From positions 2,666,001 to 2,730,000 of the forward strand of contig OZ361257.1 of the NCBI GenBank assembly GCA_977018835.1: a stretch of 64,000 nt of DNA, read 5' to 3'. The position numbers were made by a program, and so were the translations under genes. Numbering within the stretch: position 1 is the stretch's first letter; each line of letters starts with the position of its first letter. The notes under the pieces were generated by a model. The model saw only the letters and a list, made by a program, of their open reading frames with translations, had not been told where the DNA came from and made no database searches. This document shows, piece after piece, positions 11,734-21,191 of this stretch. Origin of the DNA: Minutocellus sp. GHC0000111. Taxonomy: Eukaryota.

Positions 11734-14082
11734 TTACTCGAAGGCGGCGTCGTAGGGCGATGGCGCCACTTCCTCGATAGTGAAGAGGTGCTTGCCATCA
11801 CCGTCAATCGAATGTGAGGTTGTTTGGAACATTGTCCCGGGAAGGAACAAAACCTATCGTAATTCATTGTAAACGAGGGTTGGGAAGGGAAGGGAAGAAA
11901 CAAAGTAATGGAATGATGTTTGAGACAGAGACAGGGAAAGGCGTATATTTTGACATACAGCAAAAGGTTGGACGTATGGTCGAATAAAATACACATAAAG
12001 CTAAGCTCACCTCCCACTCTTTCTGGAGCTGCTTTGGAGCGTAGGGGCGAATATACCTTCCTGTCTTGGAGAGAATGGCTACCCGGACCGGCTTGGCTGC
12101 ATAATGGTCAAACTCGTCGAATGGTTTGGCGGAGGACGACAAAAATGCAGGCTCGGTGAAGCACTTCTTCTCCCTGAGACTTTTAACCAGATTCTCATAG
12201 TACCACCGGCTCCTCTCGCTGTAGGATTGACCCCTGAACGTAACGCCGACAACTTTTGCACAGTCAGAAACAGAAGCAATTAGAAATTTGACATCCAACC
12301 AATTCAGTTTGTAGGGCAATTTAGTGTGGTGCTTCCTGAGCTCAACATTGAATTTTGCGGCAGTATTGTTCTTACAGTAATCCCTGATATCCCCTTTCTT
12401 CTTATTCGATGATGCCGAACTACGTCCCTGCAACGTCTGTGCCACGATCTTATCGTGTACTTCAAGGTTTCCGATAAGAACAGGGTCAGACGATGTTGGA
12501 AACGTCGTGAGAGAACTTGGAGGGTTGCCAACGATAGTAGTCGTCGTCTCCAGGGTAAAGCCCTCCTCGTCGCTGCTGGTAGACGTAGAAACGACGGGCT
12601 TGGTCGAACGGGACGGACGGGCCGCGGGCTTCTTGTCCTCAAAGGTTGTAGGAGACATATTCGTGGCAGCTTTGGGCGCAACGATACCAGCACCGGCGGA
12701 GGGAGGAACGATGTTGGGACCAGACTTGGAGGAGGCTTGAGGGCTGCCGACGGCACTAGAACCGACAGTCGCCAACTGAAACAAATGGTCGGACTGCTGG
12801 TGGTGGTGTGGGCCTGCGTGCCGGGGAGTAGTAGCCAGGTAATGAAGTCGTTCCCGGATATCCTTGATCTCCTTGCCGTACTGAGTGTGCCCAGCTTGGA
12901 GATCCTTGATTCTTCCGTCTTGTTCGTCGAGCTTGGCATCGTGCCCATCAAGCCGGGAGTCGATATCATCGCATCTCTTGTGAGCTTGCTTGCCAAGCTC
13001 AAGGGCTTGCTTGCCGTGATCGAGAGCTTGCTTGCCCTGTTCAAGGAGACCTGAGATGGCCTGGGCATTCTGGCCAACGAGCTGAAGAGCGGTGGCTAGA
13101 TTAATATTACCGTTGGCCGCTGGAGTTGCTGCTGCTACTGCTGCTGCTGCCGCTGCTGCTGGGACAGGAGGAGGGGGGGGTCTTGAGGTGGAACGACCGG
13201 GGATGAGGCACCAATATTTCGTGCTAGGGGAGGAGGAGAGGCCGGTGCAGCAACGAGTGAAGCGTCGACGCCACCGATACCAACTGGTGCCACTGCCGCT
13301 GCTGCTACTGCTGGGGCAGGAGGAGGATTGGGACCCTGCGGTGGAAGAACCGGGGACGGGCCAGGAACAATAGTGGCAGCAGCAGCAGCTGCTGCTGCTG
13401 CTTCCCTCTCGGCCTCCAGCTGCCGGAGACGAACAGGATGCAAGATCGGAACACCTTCCGTAGTGTACCACCACATGGTATCAACACCGCCGAGGGTGGG
13501 GACGCCGATTGCATCGCCATCCTGAGACGTGAACAGTTGAACATCAAGGTCGGGGTGGAGAGGAGGGCGGGAAGTGGCGAGCAACAGCATCGTCAAGTAC
13601 TTCTTCCTCGCGTTGTTACCACTAGGATCGTCGGCAGTTTGTTTCTTGTACACGTTACCTGAATTCTTCCGAACAGATTCATGAGGTAACATAAGATGAT
13701 AACCTCGAATCTTGCTCGCTCTGACGAGGGTGAGCTTGCGAGTCTCCTCGTTTGTGCAGGCAAAACCGCGAGAAATCATCTCCTCAGATCGCGAATCGTA
13801 GTAATTTAGCTGCGGCTTATTCTTTTTCTTTGCTGTGGTAGGGTTAGACAAAGACACAGGGGCAAGCTTCTTATTGGAAGAGGGTTTGGTCGTGCCACCA
13901 CTTGAAGTTTTGCTGGTTTTCTTCTTCCGACGGGCCGGAGCTGAAGTGGCTACCGCTGTTGCATTACTTTTGGATCTACCGGTACTATTTGAAGTAGCAC
14001 ATGCGTCGCTCGCCGGCGGCGAATACTTCTCCCGAGCCTTTTTCTTCCTGGAGGATCGACGAAGCTTGGCTGGTGATGTCAT
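11734..14082 (-). CDS. R-S-E class (C3/VIP2/ecto-ART-like) ADP-ribosyltransferase with N-terminal basic region and coiled coil; exons 14082-12011 and 11853-11734; 1-nt frameshift at G8 run 13173-13180
   Basis: Intron 12010-11854 (GTGAGC...TAG) joins QLQKEWE to VLFLPGTMFQTT...FTIEEV...FE*. Motifs in canonical order: TFRG, FTEPAFLSSS, GRYIRPY, EWEVLFLPG. Adding one C to the homopolymer fuses ORFs 13135-14133 and 11864-13474 into a protein of about 730 aa. Confidence 0.8.
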
Positions 14083-14181
14083 TTTGCTTGCCCCATGCGA
14101 ATTGTGAGCGAAAGGAGGGGGTGCGTGGCTCAAATCGCGCTTTGCCGCCCGAATCGCCTCAAGTACGAAAAGTAGGGGAAA

Positions 14182-14540
14182 ATCCTACTTTGAACACCAT
14201 GACTCGGAACAGCGTATCTTCTCTTGTAGTCATCCTATGGAGGCAAATGAACATGCGTTCGAAAGCTCATGATGAGTACGAAAGCATCGGTGTACTTGAC
14301 GGCGGCGTTTGCCTTGTAGGACACGTATTGGCAGCAGCAACTCACAGCCTAAAACAGCATCCTACTTTGGGCACCATGACTCTGTTCGACCATATCTTCT
14401 CTTGTAGTCGTCCAAGTACGACAAAAGAACATGCGTTCGAAAGCTCATGATGAGTACGAAAGCATCGGTGTACTTGTCGGCGGCGTCGCACCTTGTACGA
14501 CACGCATTAGCGGCACCAAACCACGGCTCAAAACTGCAAC
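14182..14540. repeat. Two diverged ~178-bp tandem units with an identical 50-bp core
   Basis: GAACATGCGTTCGAAAGCTCATGATGAGTACGAAAGCATCGGTGTACTTG occurs at 14249-14298 and 14427-14476; the flanks align with mismatches. Confidence 0.92.
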
Positions 14541-14902
14541 GCCGGATCCCATCAAAAGAGAGACAATGGTCGACAATGCGAAGCACACTGAGCCTGCGAA
14601 TACAGCAAAGATGGTCGGCGTTGTGCCTCCTGATGCGGGGGGTGGTGTGGCGGCCCGTGGGCCGTCCGTCCGGGGACGGCGGCGACGACGCATGTTATGT
14701 GCTCATTTTTGGGCCGATTTTCTGCTGTTTTGGCATTGTTTTGTAAAATAGACTCATTGCATAATAGACGGCAATACAAAAGAATCTCTACTGCGTTCCA
14801 TAGTCTTGCTGCAGTTGCTTAGTTCATTGTTCGTCGTCATCGTCGCCTCCTCTTGAATCGAATCAATCTTGGCGGGGTTGGCTTGGCGCCGGCTCGCTCA
14901 CA

Positions 14903-17557
14903 ATGAAATCGAGCTGGCTCGCAACTTGTGCTCGGATGACGACGTCGATGCTCATGGCAATGTCAACAACGAAGCTGTGCGCGCCGAGTCCTTTCGATTA
15001 CGAAGAAGTTCGCATCTTGTCGCAGAACTGGGAGTCTGCTATGCTCTCCAGTTGGATCATGCAAATTGTCCTCAGCGAGTTGCTCGGAGTTCCCACGACC
15101 ATGGAGACGTCGATGCCGGACGACGAGGCTTCGTTCAACTTCTACGATCCATCGATGCGTTTCTCGTACAGCAAGGGAAGTTATGACTATGATGCCCTTC
15201 GCGCATCTCTGGAGCATGGGGATTGTGTCTCGTTCCAGGCCAACAATGCGAAGAGTGGCGGAGAGTACAAGAGCTGCGCTCACGTCATGCCGGAGGCCTG
15301 GAACGGACAGAAAGAGAACATGGCTTCTGCCGAAGAGGAGGGACTGATTGAACCCACCACTGGCAGCGGTGGCGTGGCCAAGTATAGCTGGTATGTACCC
15401 CACTTTACTGCGGAGCGAGATCCCATCATTCTGAGCTACTTTGGCATGACATCGGGAGACGATGATCTGGCCAACCGCCGAAGGCTTCCGGAGTTGTTCC
15501 TCCGGCCTCAGACATGGAAGTGGTTCTGCGACAACGTTTCTACCGACAACTGTAGCACGCCCTATTATGACGAGGAGGGACGTCTCATCGCATCCCGTCC
15601 CCCGGCCGATGAGGGAGAGGAAGTGCGCTACTTCAGTGCCGGGTCCTTTCATGGTCATTTTGCACCCACCGAAGAGAATGATTGCGATGCCAACCCCTTC
15701 ACCTGCACTGGTCACATCGCCAACGTCCAATGCGATTGGTCGACGTTTGCTATCCCCCAAGCTCATTATCTGGGCATCCCTGTGAAAGGTTCCGGCCCTG
15801 GTGTGGCTGGTGGATACCCTTATGGGAGGATGGTTGACATTTACAATGCCGCCAATTACACCAAGTCGAACGTATTGTTCTATTGGTTCACCCCCGATGC
15901 TCTCATGCAGGAGTATCTCGACACTGATGCCGAGTTTCAACGGGTCCTTCTTCCCCCGTCTACAGAAGAGTGCACGGAATCCCGCGTCACGATCGACCAG
16001 AGGTGTTCGGAGAACCCCGAAGATCGTATCGGCGACCCTGCCGGCGCCTGCGATGCTGAAGCACACTCATATCAGAAACTCATCGTGTCGAATATGTACG
16101 AGCGAACATATGCCCAACCAGAGCCAAGCCGCTCCCCGGCCTACGATGCCATCAAGGCCATGAAGTTTTCCGACTTGCAGCTTGAGTATATGTTCCGTAG
16201 GTGGTACGAGAGGAATACGGATCGTTGGAATTATGACCCGAGAGAAGCAGTTTGTCAATGGGCAGCTGAGAACATCGAAACGTTGAAGAGGTTTGTCCCT
16301 CGATCTTTTCCTCGCACGCGCAACATTGAGCAGTACAATACTCCAGGTCTATACAGCGCCATGGTTGTTGCTGGCATCACTATTGTGCTTGTCTGTTTGG
16401 TTGGTGTGGCCGTTTGGCAGTGGAGAAAGAAGAAGGTATTTGTGTACGCGCAGCCGACTTTCCTTTTCATGCTGCTTTGTGGCTTTCTCATGGTGTGTGT
16501 CGGTGCCATCCTCAATGCCAGTACTCCGTCGAAAGGAACGTGTGTTGCTTCCCAATGGTTCATTGTGCTTGGGTATAGCCTTGAACTCATCCCCTTGATT
16601 GTAAAGGTCGCAGCTATCAACAAGATCTTCCAGTCGGCGAAAAAAATGAAGAGGGTGAAGATCGAACCGAAGAAATTGTACACAATCGTGGGGGTCTTCC
16701 TTGCCGCCGTTGCCATTTACCTAATCGCGTGGACTGTGGTAGATCCCTATACCAGACAGACGACTAAATCACTTTCGGACGAGACGAACGAGAGCGGAGG
16801 CCAGGTCGTCGAGATCACATACTCATGTGCCAGTCAATCGTCGGTGTGGTTGATCATCGTCTACATTTACATTTTCTTGTTGCTAATTGCCGCCACAGTG
16901 CTGGCTTTTCAGTCTCGCAACGTCAAACAAGAATTCCGTGAGAGTGGCAAGCTTGCCATGCTGGTGTATACCCATTTCCTATTCATTCTGTTGCGAGCCA
17001 TTATATGGATCTTTGGATCATCCATTGATGCAAATGTGGCATCGACCATCTCAAGCTACCTTCTCAGCGTGGACACTCTTGTAAGCCTTGGTCTCTACTT
17101 TGTTCCCAAGCTGCTTGATGCCCGAAAAGCGCAAAGCGACTATGTTTCCGGCAATAGTCGCCTTTCTTCCTATTCCAACAACGAGTCGACTGGCAGCGAA
17201 AACTTGGGTACCGTTGCAAAGATACGAGCAAATGCCAATCGGCGCGCCTCGAATGAGTCGCATTATAGTGCCAATCGGCGCGCCTCGAATGAGTCGCATT
17301 ATACGAACGCTAGCGTTGGCTCTGCTGCAGGGGGTATGCGCAGCATGCCTCCTCAAGCTAGCTATGCTACGCACACTAGTGTTGCCAGTTACGTCGAGGC
17401 TGGAACGGCTGATGCAGAGACCCCTGCTGCCAACGCACCGATCATTCAGTCCCGGCGAGTTTCGTGGGATGGAGAATGCAAGGCACCTGCAACAGAACAA
17501 ATAATAAGTAGCAAGAGTGAAGTGGAAGATATCGCAGCCAATGAGGAGGAGCAGTGA
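14903..17557 (+). CDS. Class C (GABA-B-like) GPCR with an extracellular periplasmic-binding-protein-like domain; N-terminus uncertain
   Basis: Ectodomain with NWESAMLSSWIMQIVLSELLGVP and FYWFTPD, then 7TM_3 hallmarks (AQPTFL, C...W...LGYSL...PLIVK, WTVVDP, AFQSRNVKQEFRES, YFVPK). Confidence 0.85.
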   Translation: MKSSWLATCARMTTSMLMAMSTTKLCAPSPFDYEEVRILSQNWESAMLSSWIMQIVLSELLGVPTTMETSMPDDEASFNFYDPSMRFSYSKGSYDYDALRASLEHGDCVSFQANNAKSGGEYKSCAHVMPEAWNGQKENMASAEEEGLIEPTTGSGGVAKYSWYVPHFTAERDPIILSYFGMTSGDDDLANRRRLPELFLRPQTWKWFCDNVSTDNCSTPYYDEEGRLIASRPPADEGEEVRYFSAGSFHGHFAPTEENDCDANPFTCTGHIANVQCDWSTFAIPQAHYLGIPVKGSGPGVAGGYPYGRMVDIYNAANYTKSNVLFYWFTPDALMQEYLDTDAEFQRVLLPPSTEECTESRVTIDQRCSENPEDRIGDPAGACDAEAHSYQKLIVSNMYERTYAQPEPSRSPAYDAIKAMKFSDLQLEYMFRRWYERNTDRWNYDPREAVCQWAAENIETLKRFVPRSFPRTRNIEQYNTPGLYSAMVVAGITIVLVCLVGVAVWQWRKKKVFVYAQPTFLFMLLCGFLMVCVGAILNASTPSKGTCVASQWFIVLGYSLELIPLIVKVAAINKIFQSAKKMKRVKIEPKKLYTIVGVFLAAVAIYLIAWTVVDPYTRQTTKSLSDETNESGGQVVEITYSCASQSSVWLIIVYIYIFLLLIAATVLAFQSRNVKQEFRESGKLAMLVYTHFLFILLRAIIWIFGSSIDANVASTISSYLLSVDTLVSLGLYFVPKLLDARKAQSDYVSGNSRLSSYSNNESTGSENLGTVAKIRANANRRASNESHYSANRRASNESHYTNASVGSAAGGMRSMPPQASYATHTSVASYVEAGTADAETPAANAPIIQSRRVSWDGECKAPATEQIISSKSEVEDIAANEEEQ
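17233..17303 (+). repeat. 36-bp in-frame tandem duplication in the GPCR cytoplasmic tail
   Basis: TGCCAATCGGCGCGCCTCGAATGAGTCGCATTATA occurs twice, encoding ANRRASNESHY twice. Confidence 0.95.
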
Positions 17558-17771
17558 TGACATTACTGCACACCAATGGATCATGCTTGAATAGAATACA
17601 TACAGTAATAGAGATCAGTTGCTGCTTATTGGCTTGTCTAATGTACCTTTTGCACGTCGATCTATGTGTGAGTACTCCTCACGTTGTGCCCTCTCGCGAT
17701 ACCGCTGGCCTCGTCTTCCGCATCGCGCCAGGTCGCCAAATGCAATGCATTGCTGCCAATGCTACACATAT

Positions 17772-18815
17772 CTACTTGTTGCATGTCTTCTCCAACCAAT
17801 CGAATACAAAGGCAGCCAAGCCATCATCCAGAGCAACCACATGAGCCCTTCGACCCTCGCACAAATGATTGTAGAAACAAACACCATGTCGTCCCACCTT
17901 GTCCGACGATGCGATGGCAACGTGGACCAAACCAACCTCCTCTTCTGTGCTTGCCATCAACCAAAGCTTGGCTCTGAGCAGCGGTGCCATCCACGATGGG
18001 AAGCTGGTCGTTGCCACCTCGGTCGATACCACGCCGGGAAATGTCCCGACAAAGTGCAGATTGTGCTCTTGGTATCGTCTCGAGGCCTCCCTCAGCCAGG
18101 CATCGCCCGCAAGTCCCACCCGCATAAGACAAAATGGCACTCGTCCCGGTGGTATGAGTTCTGTCGACTCTTTTAATCGCTGCCGCACGGCATTGGCGGA
18201 TTGGAAAGGGAATTGTTGCGCCGAGGCCAACGTGCTAATGATCCGGGCTCCCGCTTCTTTGTCCGTGCTGAGCAGTTGGTGTCGTATCAGCCCCGAAAGT
18301 ACGGCATGCCGTGCCACCAAGTCGAGTGCCACAACCTTTTCGATACCATCGGCAGTGTATGGATCGCTGTAGTTCGGCCAGCATCCAACCGTGAAAAATA
18401 CATAATCGAATTGGCAAGGAATGTTTCCATCTTCCTTGTCGCTTTGATCAGCTGCGGCCAATTCCTCCACCAATTTGTTGGCTCCCGACACGGTGAACAG
18501 ATCCGCCGACTGCGCCAATAGGTCCTGGTCATTTGGAGTTGGTATCGGGACCACGTTGCGCATCTCTCCGACAATCGTCGACGTGTCTCTGCCCACCACC
18601 ACGACGCTGGCACCGCCCCGGGCCAACGTGAGGGCAATGCCTCGACCGATGCCTCGCGTCCCTCCCACGACCAGCGCGCGCTTGCCGGCAATTCGGTCGG
18701 TGGGAATCTCCTCGACCGAGGTTGGCACAGGCGTTATGTCACCGACCGATGCATCCTTTGCGGTCGATGTGAGGAGGATGGCTCGGCTGACCAGGTAGGG
18801 GATGATACCGGTCAT
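17772..18815 (-). CDS. Short-chain dehydrogenase/reductase-like oxidoreductase
   Basis: Rossmann motif ALVVGGTRGIGRGIA; also VVVVGR, DYVFFTVG and FPGVVST. Confidence 0.85.
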   Translation of the reverse strand: MTGIIPYLVSRAILLTSTAKDASVGDITPVPTSVEEIPTDRIAGKRALVVGGTRGIGRGIALTLARGGASVVVVGRDTSTIVGEMRNVVPIPTPNDQDLLAQSADLFTVSGANKLVEELAAADQSDKEDGNIPCQFDYVFFTVGCWPNYSDPYTADGIEKVVALDLVARHAVLSGLIRHQLLSTDKEAGARIISTLASAQQFPFQSANAVRQRLKESTELIPPGRVPFCLMRVGLAGDAWLREASRRYQEHNLHFVGTFPGVVSTEVATTSFPSWMAPLLRAKLWLMASTEEEVGLVHVAIASSDKVGRHGVCFYNHLCEGRRAHVVALDDGLAAFVFDWLEKTCNK

Positions 18816-18946
18816 GATGCTAATGTGCCTAGGAATTCCTATGTAGGATTCCTACCAACTGGTGCGATCGATCGTGACGGTAATGGTTTTCGCTGGTACC
18901 TAGGCCTAGGTATACCTGGATCGACCAGCTCTCGCTCGCCGTCTAC

Positions 18947-20681
18947 AACTCCGGGTCGCCCCGTTTTGTCAAAGACAGCGAAAACTACCCAAATCCGTCA
19001 TTAGTGTACGTAAAATTAATACTAGGTTCTATGAGACCCTCAACAAAAAAAACCACCGCCAAGATGGTGAACAACTGCGCCGATAACAACGGTACCGGTT
19101 ACAACCTGATCATGGCGAACCGCGGAGGAGCGCGCACAGGAGCGCCGAGCACACCTCCCAAGTTACAGCCCGTGCCGCCGTCTAGCGCGCTCGCGCGACC
19201 GACCTCGGCCAAGCCAGCCGCCAAGAAGGGACGTAAGGCCAACTCGAAGAGGATGGGGGATGCCATCCCCGCCGCCTCTCCATCCCGTAGCCACCGCGGC
19301 AAGCTCCGGAAGTCTGCTGATCCAGTAGATGCCGGGGGTGACGCGAAGATGGGCGAAGCAGCGGCCGCTTCAGGCTCGTCGGGCAGATACGCCGCGCTGG
19401 CAGATGTATTCGATGATACGTCGTCGGAGGGTGCGGAGAAGCGGAAGGATGATAAAGACCCAAGTGACATGGAAGAGAGTGATGATACCGAGGACGACGA
19501 CGAGGACGATTCGGACGATGACTCGGATGAGGTCGAGATCGTCGAGCCGGCCAAAGTCTCAAAGTCTGACCCTCCCGCCGGCGCCGACGATGACCTCCTC
19601 GACTCTGAGGAGGAGGAGGACGATGATATCGACTTGGACGAGTATGAGGATCCATCGGATAGGGACATTGCTTGGTCTCCGGAGTTCATCGATATGCATC
19701 TGGACTATGTGCTTCGGAAGCTGAAGGAGGTCTTGGGCGAGGACGTCGACGTGGGCATCTCAGTGTCCAACATCAAGGATCCTGACGCCGTACGTTGTCG
19801 AAGGAGGACTGCGCCACCATCGAGACGCCGCCGTCAAGGCACAATTTCGTCTCGGCTGGAGACAAACGCTTCTCGGCAAGTTCAGCGCGCTCTGGACTCG
19901 TTGGCAACGGACGTTTTTCCGTGATGCCAATCTCGACCACACGGCCGAGAACCTCACGTCGAAAGCGATCAAATGTCTCATTGGGCTGCACAAGGCCTGC
20001 TGGGCCGATCGGAAACGCCACCTGCCCGACGACGGAGCTTTGGCGGAGCGATAGAGGTCGACCGCATGATCAGCGAGCAGGTTAGCTTGGGCCGGATGGG
20101 ACTGCCGAAGACGATGCACCACCACTTCCGTCTGCCCCTCCGTTTCCTCCTCTCTCGTGGACCTCCAATGGAAACGGACCTGGCTAGATTCAGTTCTGGC
20201 CTCCCGGGCACGGCAGGCCCGCCGCCTCCACCTTGACGACACCCCCCTTAAGGCTCAACGAGCCTTCCTTTTCAATTGGCTGCGCCGCCCAGCCTCGAAC
20301 CCTACACCAACACAACCACCCTTTTCCACGGCCACATTGCGCCGATACCAACCCGCCTCGCCCGGACGACGAGAGAAGGGCAGGCGAGTGTTTTCCTCGG
20401 CTCGACGTTAAGAGACAGCCAGGAGAATCTACACAACTTTCATTTATCTTATACTTCACCATGCAAAAACAGCGGGATTGCCTCCGTCCCCTGTTCCCCT
20501 CACGGAGGGTTTGTGGGAGATGATTTTATTTTAAATTCCTATTTGTCAAATCTTTGAATCGATTTCGATTACGAAGCGAGTGTCCACTCCTTGGGTGTAG
20601 CGCCCCAAGGACCCTGGCAAACGTACGGAGCCCGTCAAGGGCGAGTTTAGATTTTAAACTAATTCAGTGAGTTCTTTTCAG
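18947..20681 (+). mobile_element. Internally deleted non-LTR retrotransposon (Ambal-like) with a 16-bp target-site duplication
   Basis: CTCGCTCGCCGTCTAC flanks the element at 18931-18946 and 20682-20697. The 5' low-complexity ORF1 start (19004-~19790) is joined to a frameshifted ORF2 tail (AQFRLGWRQTLLGKFSALWTRWQ...WADRKRHL; WLDSVLASR...QRAFLFNWL). No RT domain. Confidence 0.78.
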
Positions 20682-21191
20682 CTCGCTCGCCGTCTACCAA
20701 TCCTCCCTTGAAACCTCACTTTGTTCGCCTATCCTTTGCGGTTTGTTCCGAGTGGTTCTTCTTGTTTTGCTTCTTGCTTCTTGTCGATGGCGGCAAAATT
20801 AGCGATCGACTTTTTCCTCGCATTGATGGGTTTCTGTTGCGCAATGATCCTGTCATCATGACGAAAATCAATCTCCAAACAAGAAAAAACAAGCAAAACG
20901 ACATGGACTGCCGTAAAATCGTCCTTCCGCCGTCGGGAGATTCGATGCAACGACAAGCCGAAAATCGGCGAGGAACGACAATCCCTCTCGGCAAACCAAC
21001 CCGCCAGATTCTCGTCTTGGATCTTTCCCAACAAGCCAATCATCAATTGAAACGCAGCTCCTCGACGATTGAATTATTGATATCGGCGCATTTTGAATTG
21101 AACTCGCTGAATCTGAATTCCCAAGTTTTGACAACTGCAGCAACCAGCACATCTCGCTGAGGTCGACTTTTCTTCGTTTCCCATCAAGACC

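Noticed and set aside
14260..14290. Hammerhead ribozyme in the repeat core (ATGATGAGTACGAAA)
   Set aside because: The core reads AUGAUGA rather than CUGANGA, and I could not build stems I and III with a cleavage triplet.
14182..14540. CRISPR-like array
   Set aside because: Only two units, the intervening sequences are homologous rather than unique spacers, and no cas genes are present.
20708..21160. 150-aa ORF upstream of the ankyrin gene
   Set aside because: No motifs, and it lies in presumed promoter/UTR; the spliced start at 21192 explains the gene.
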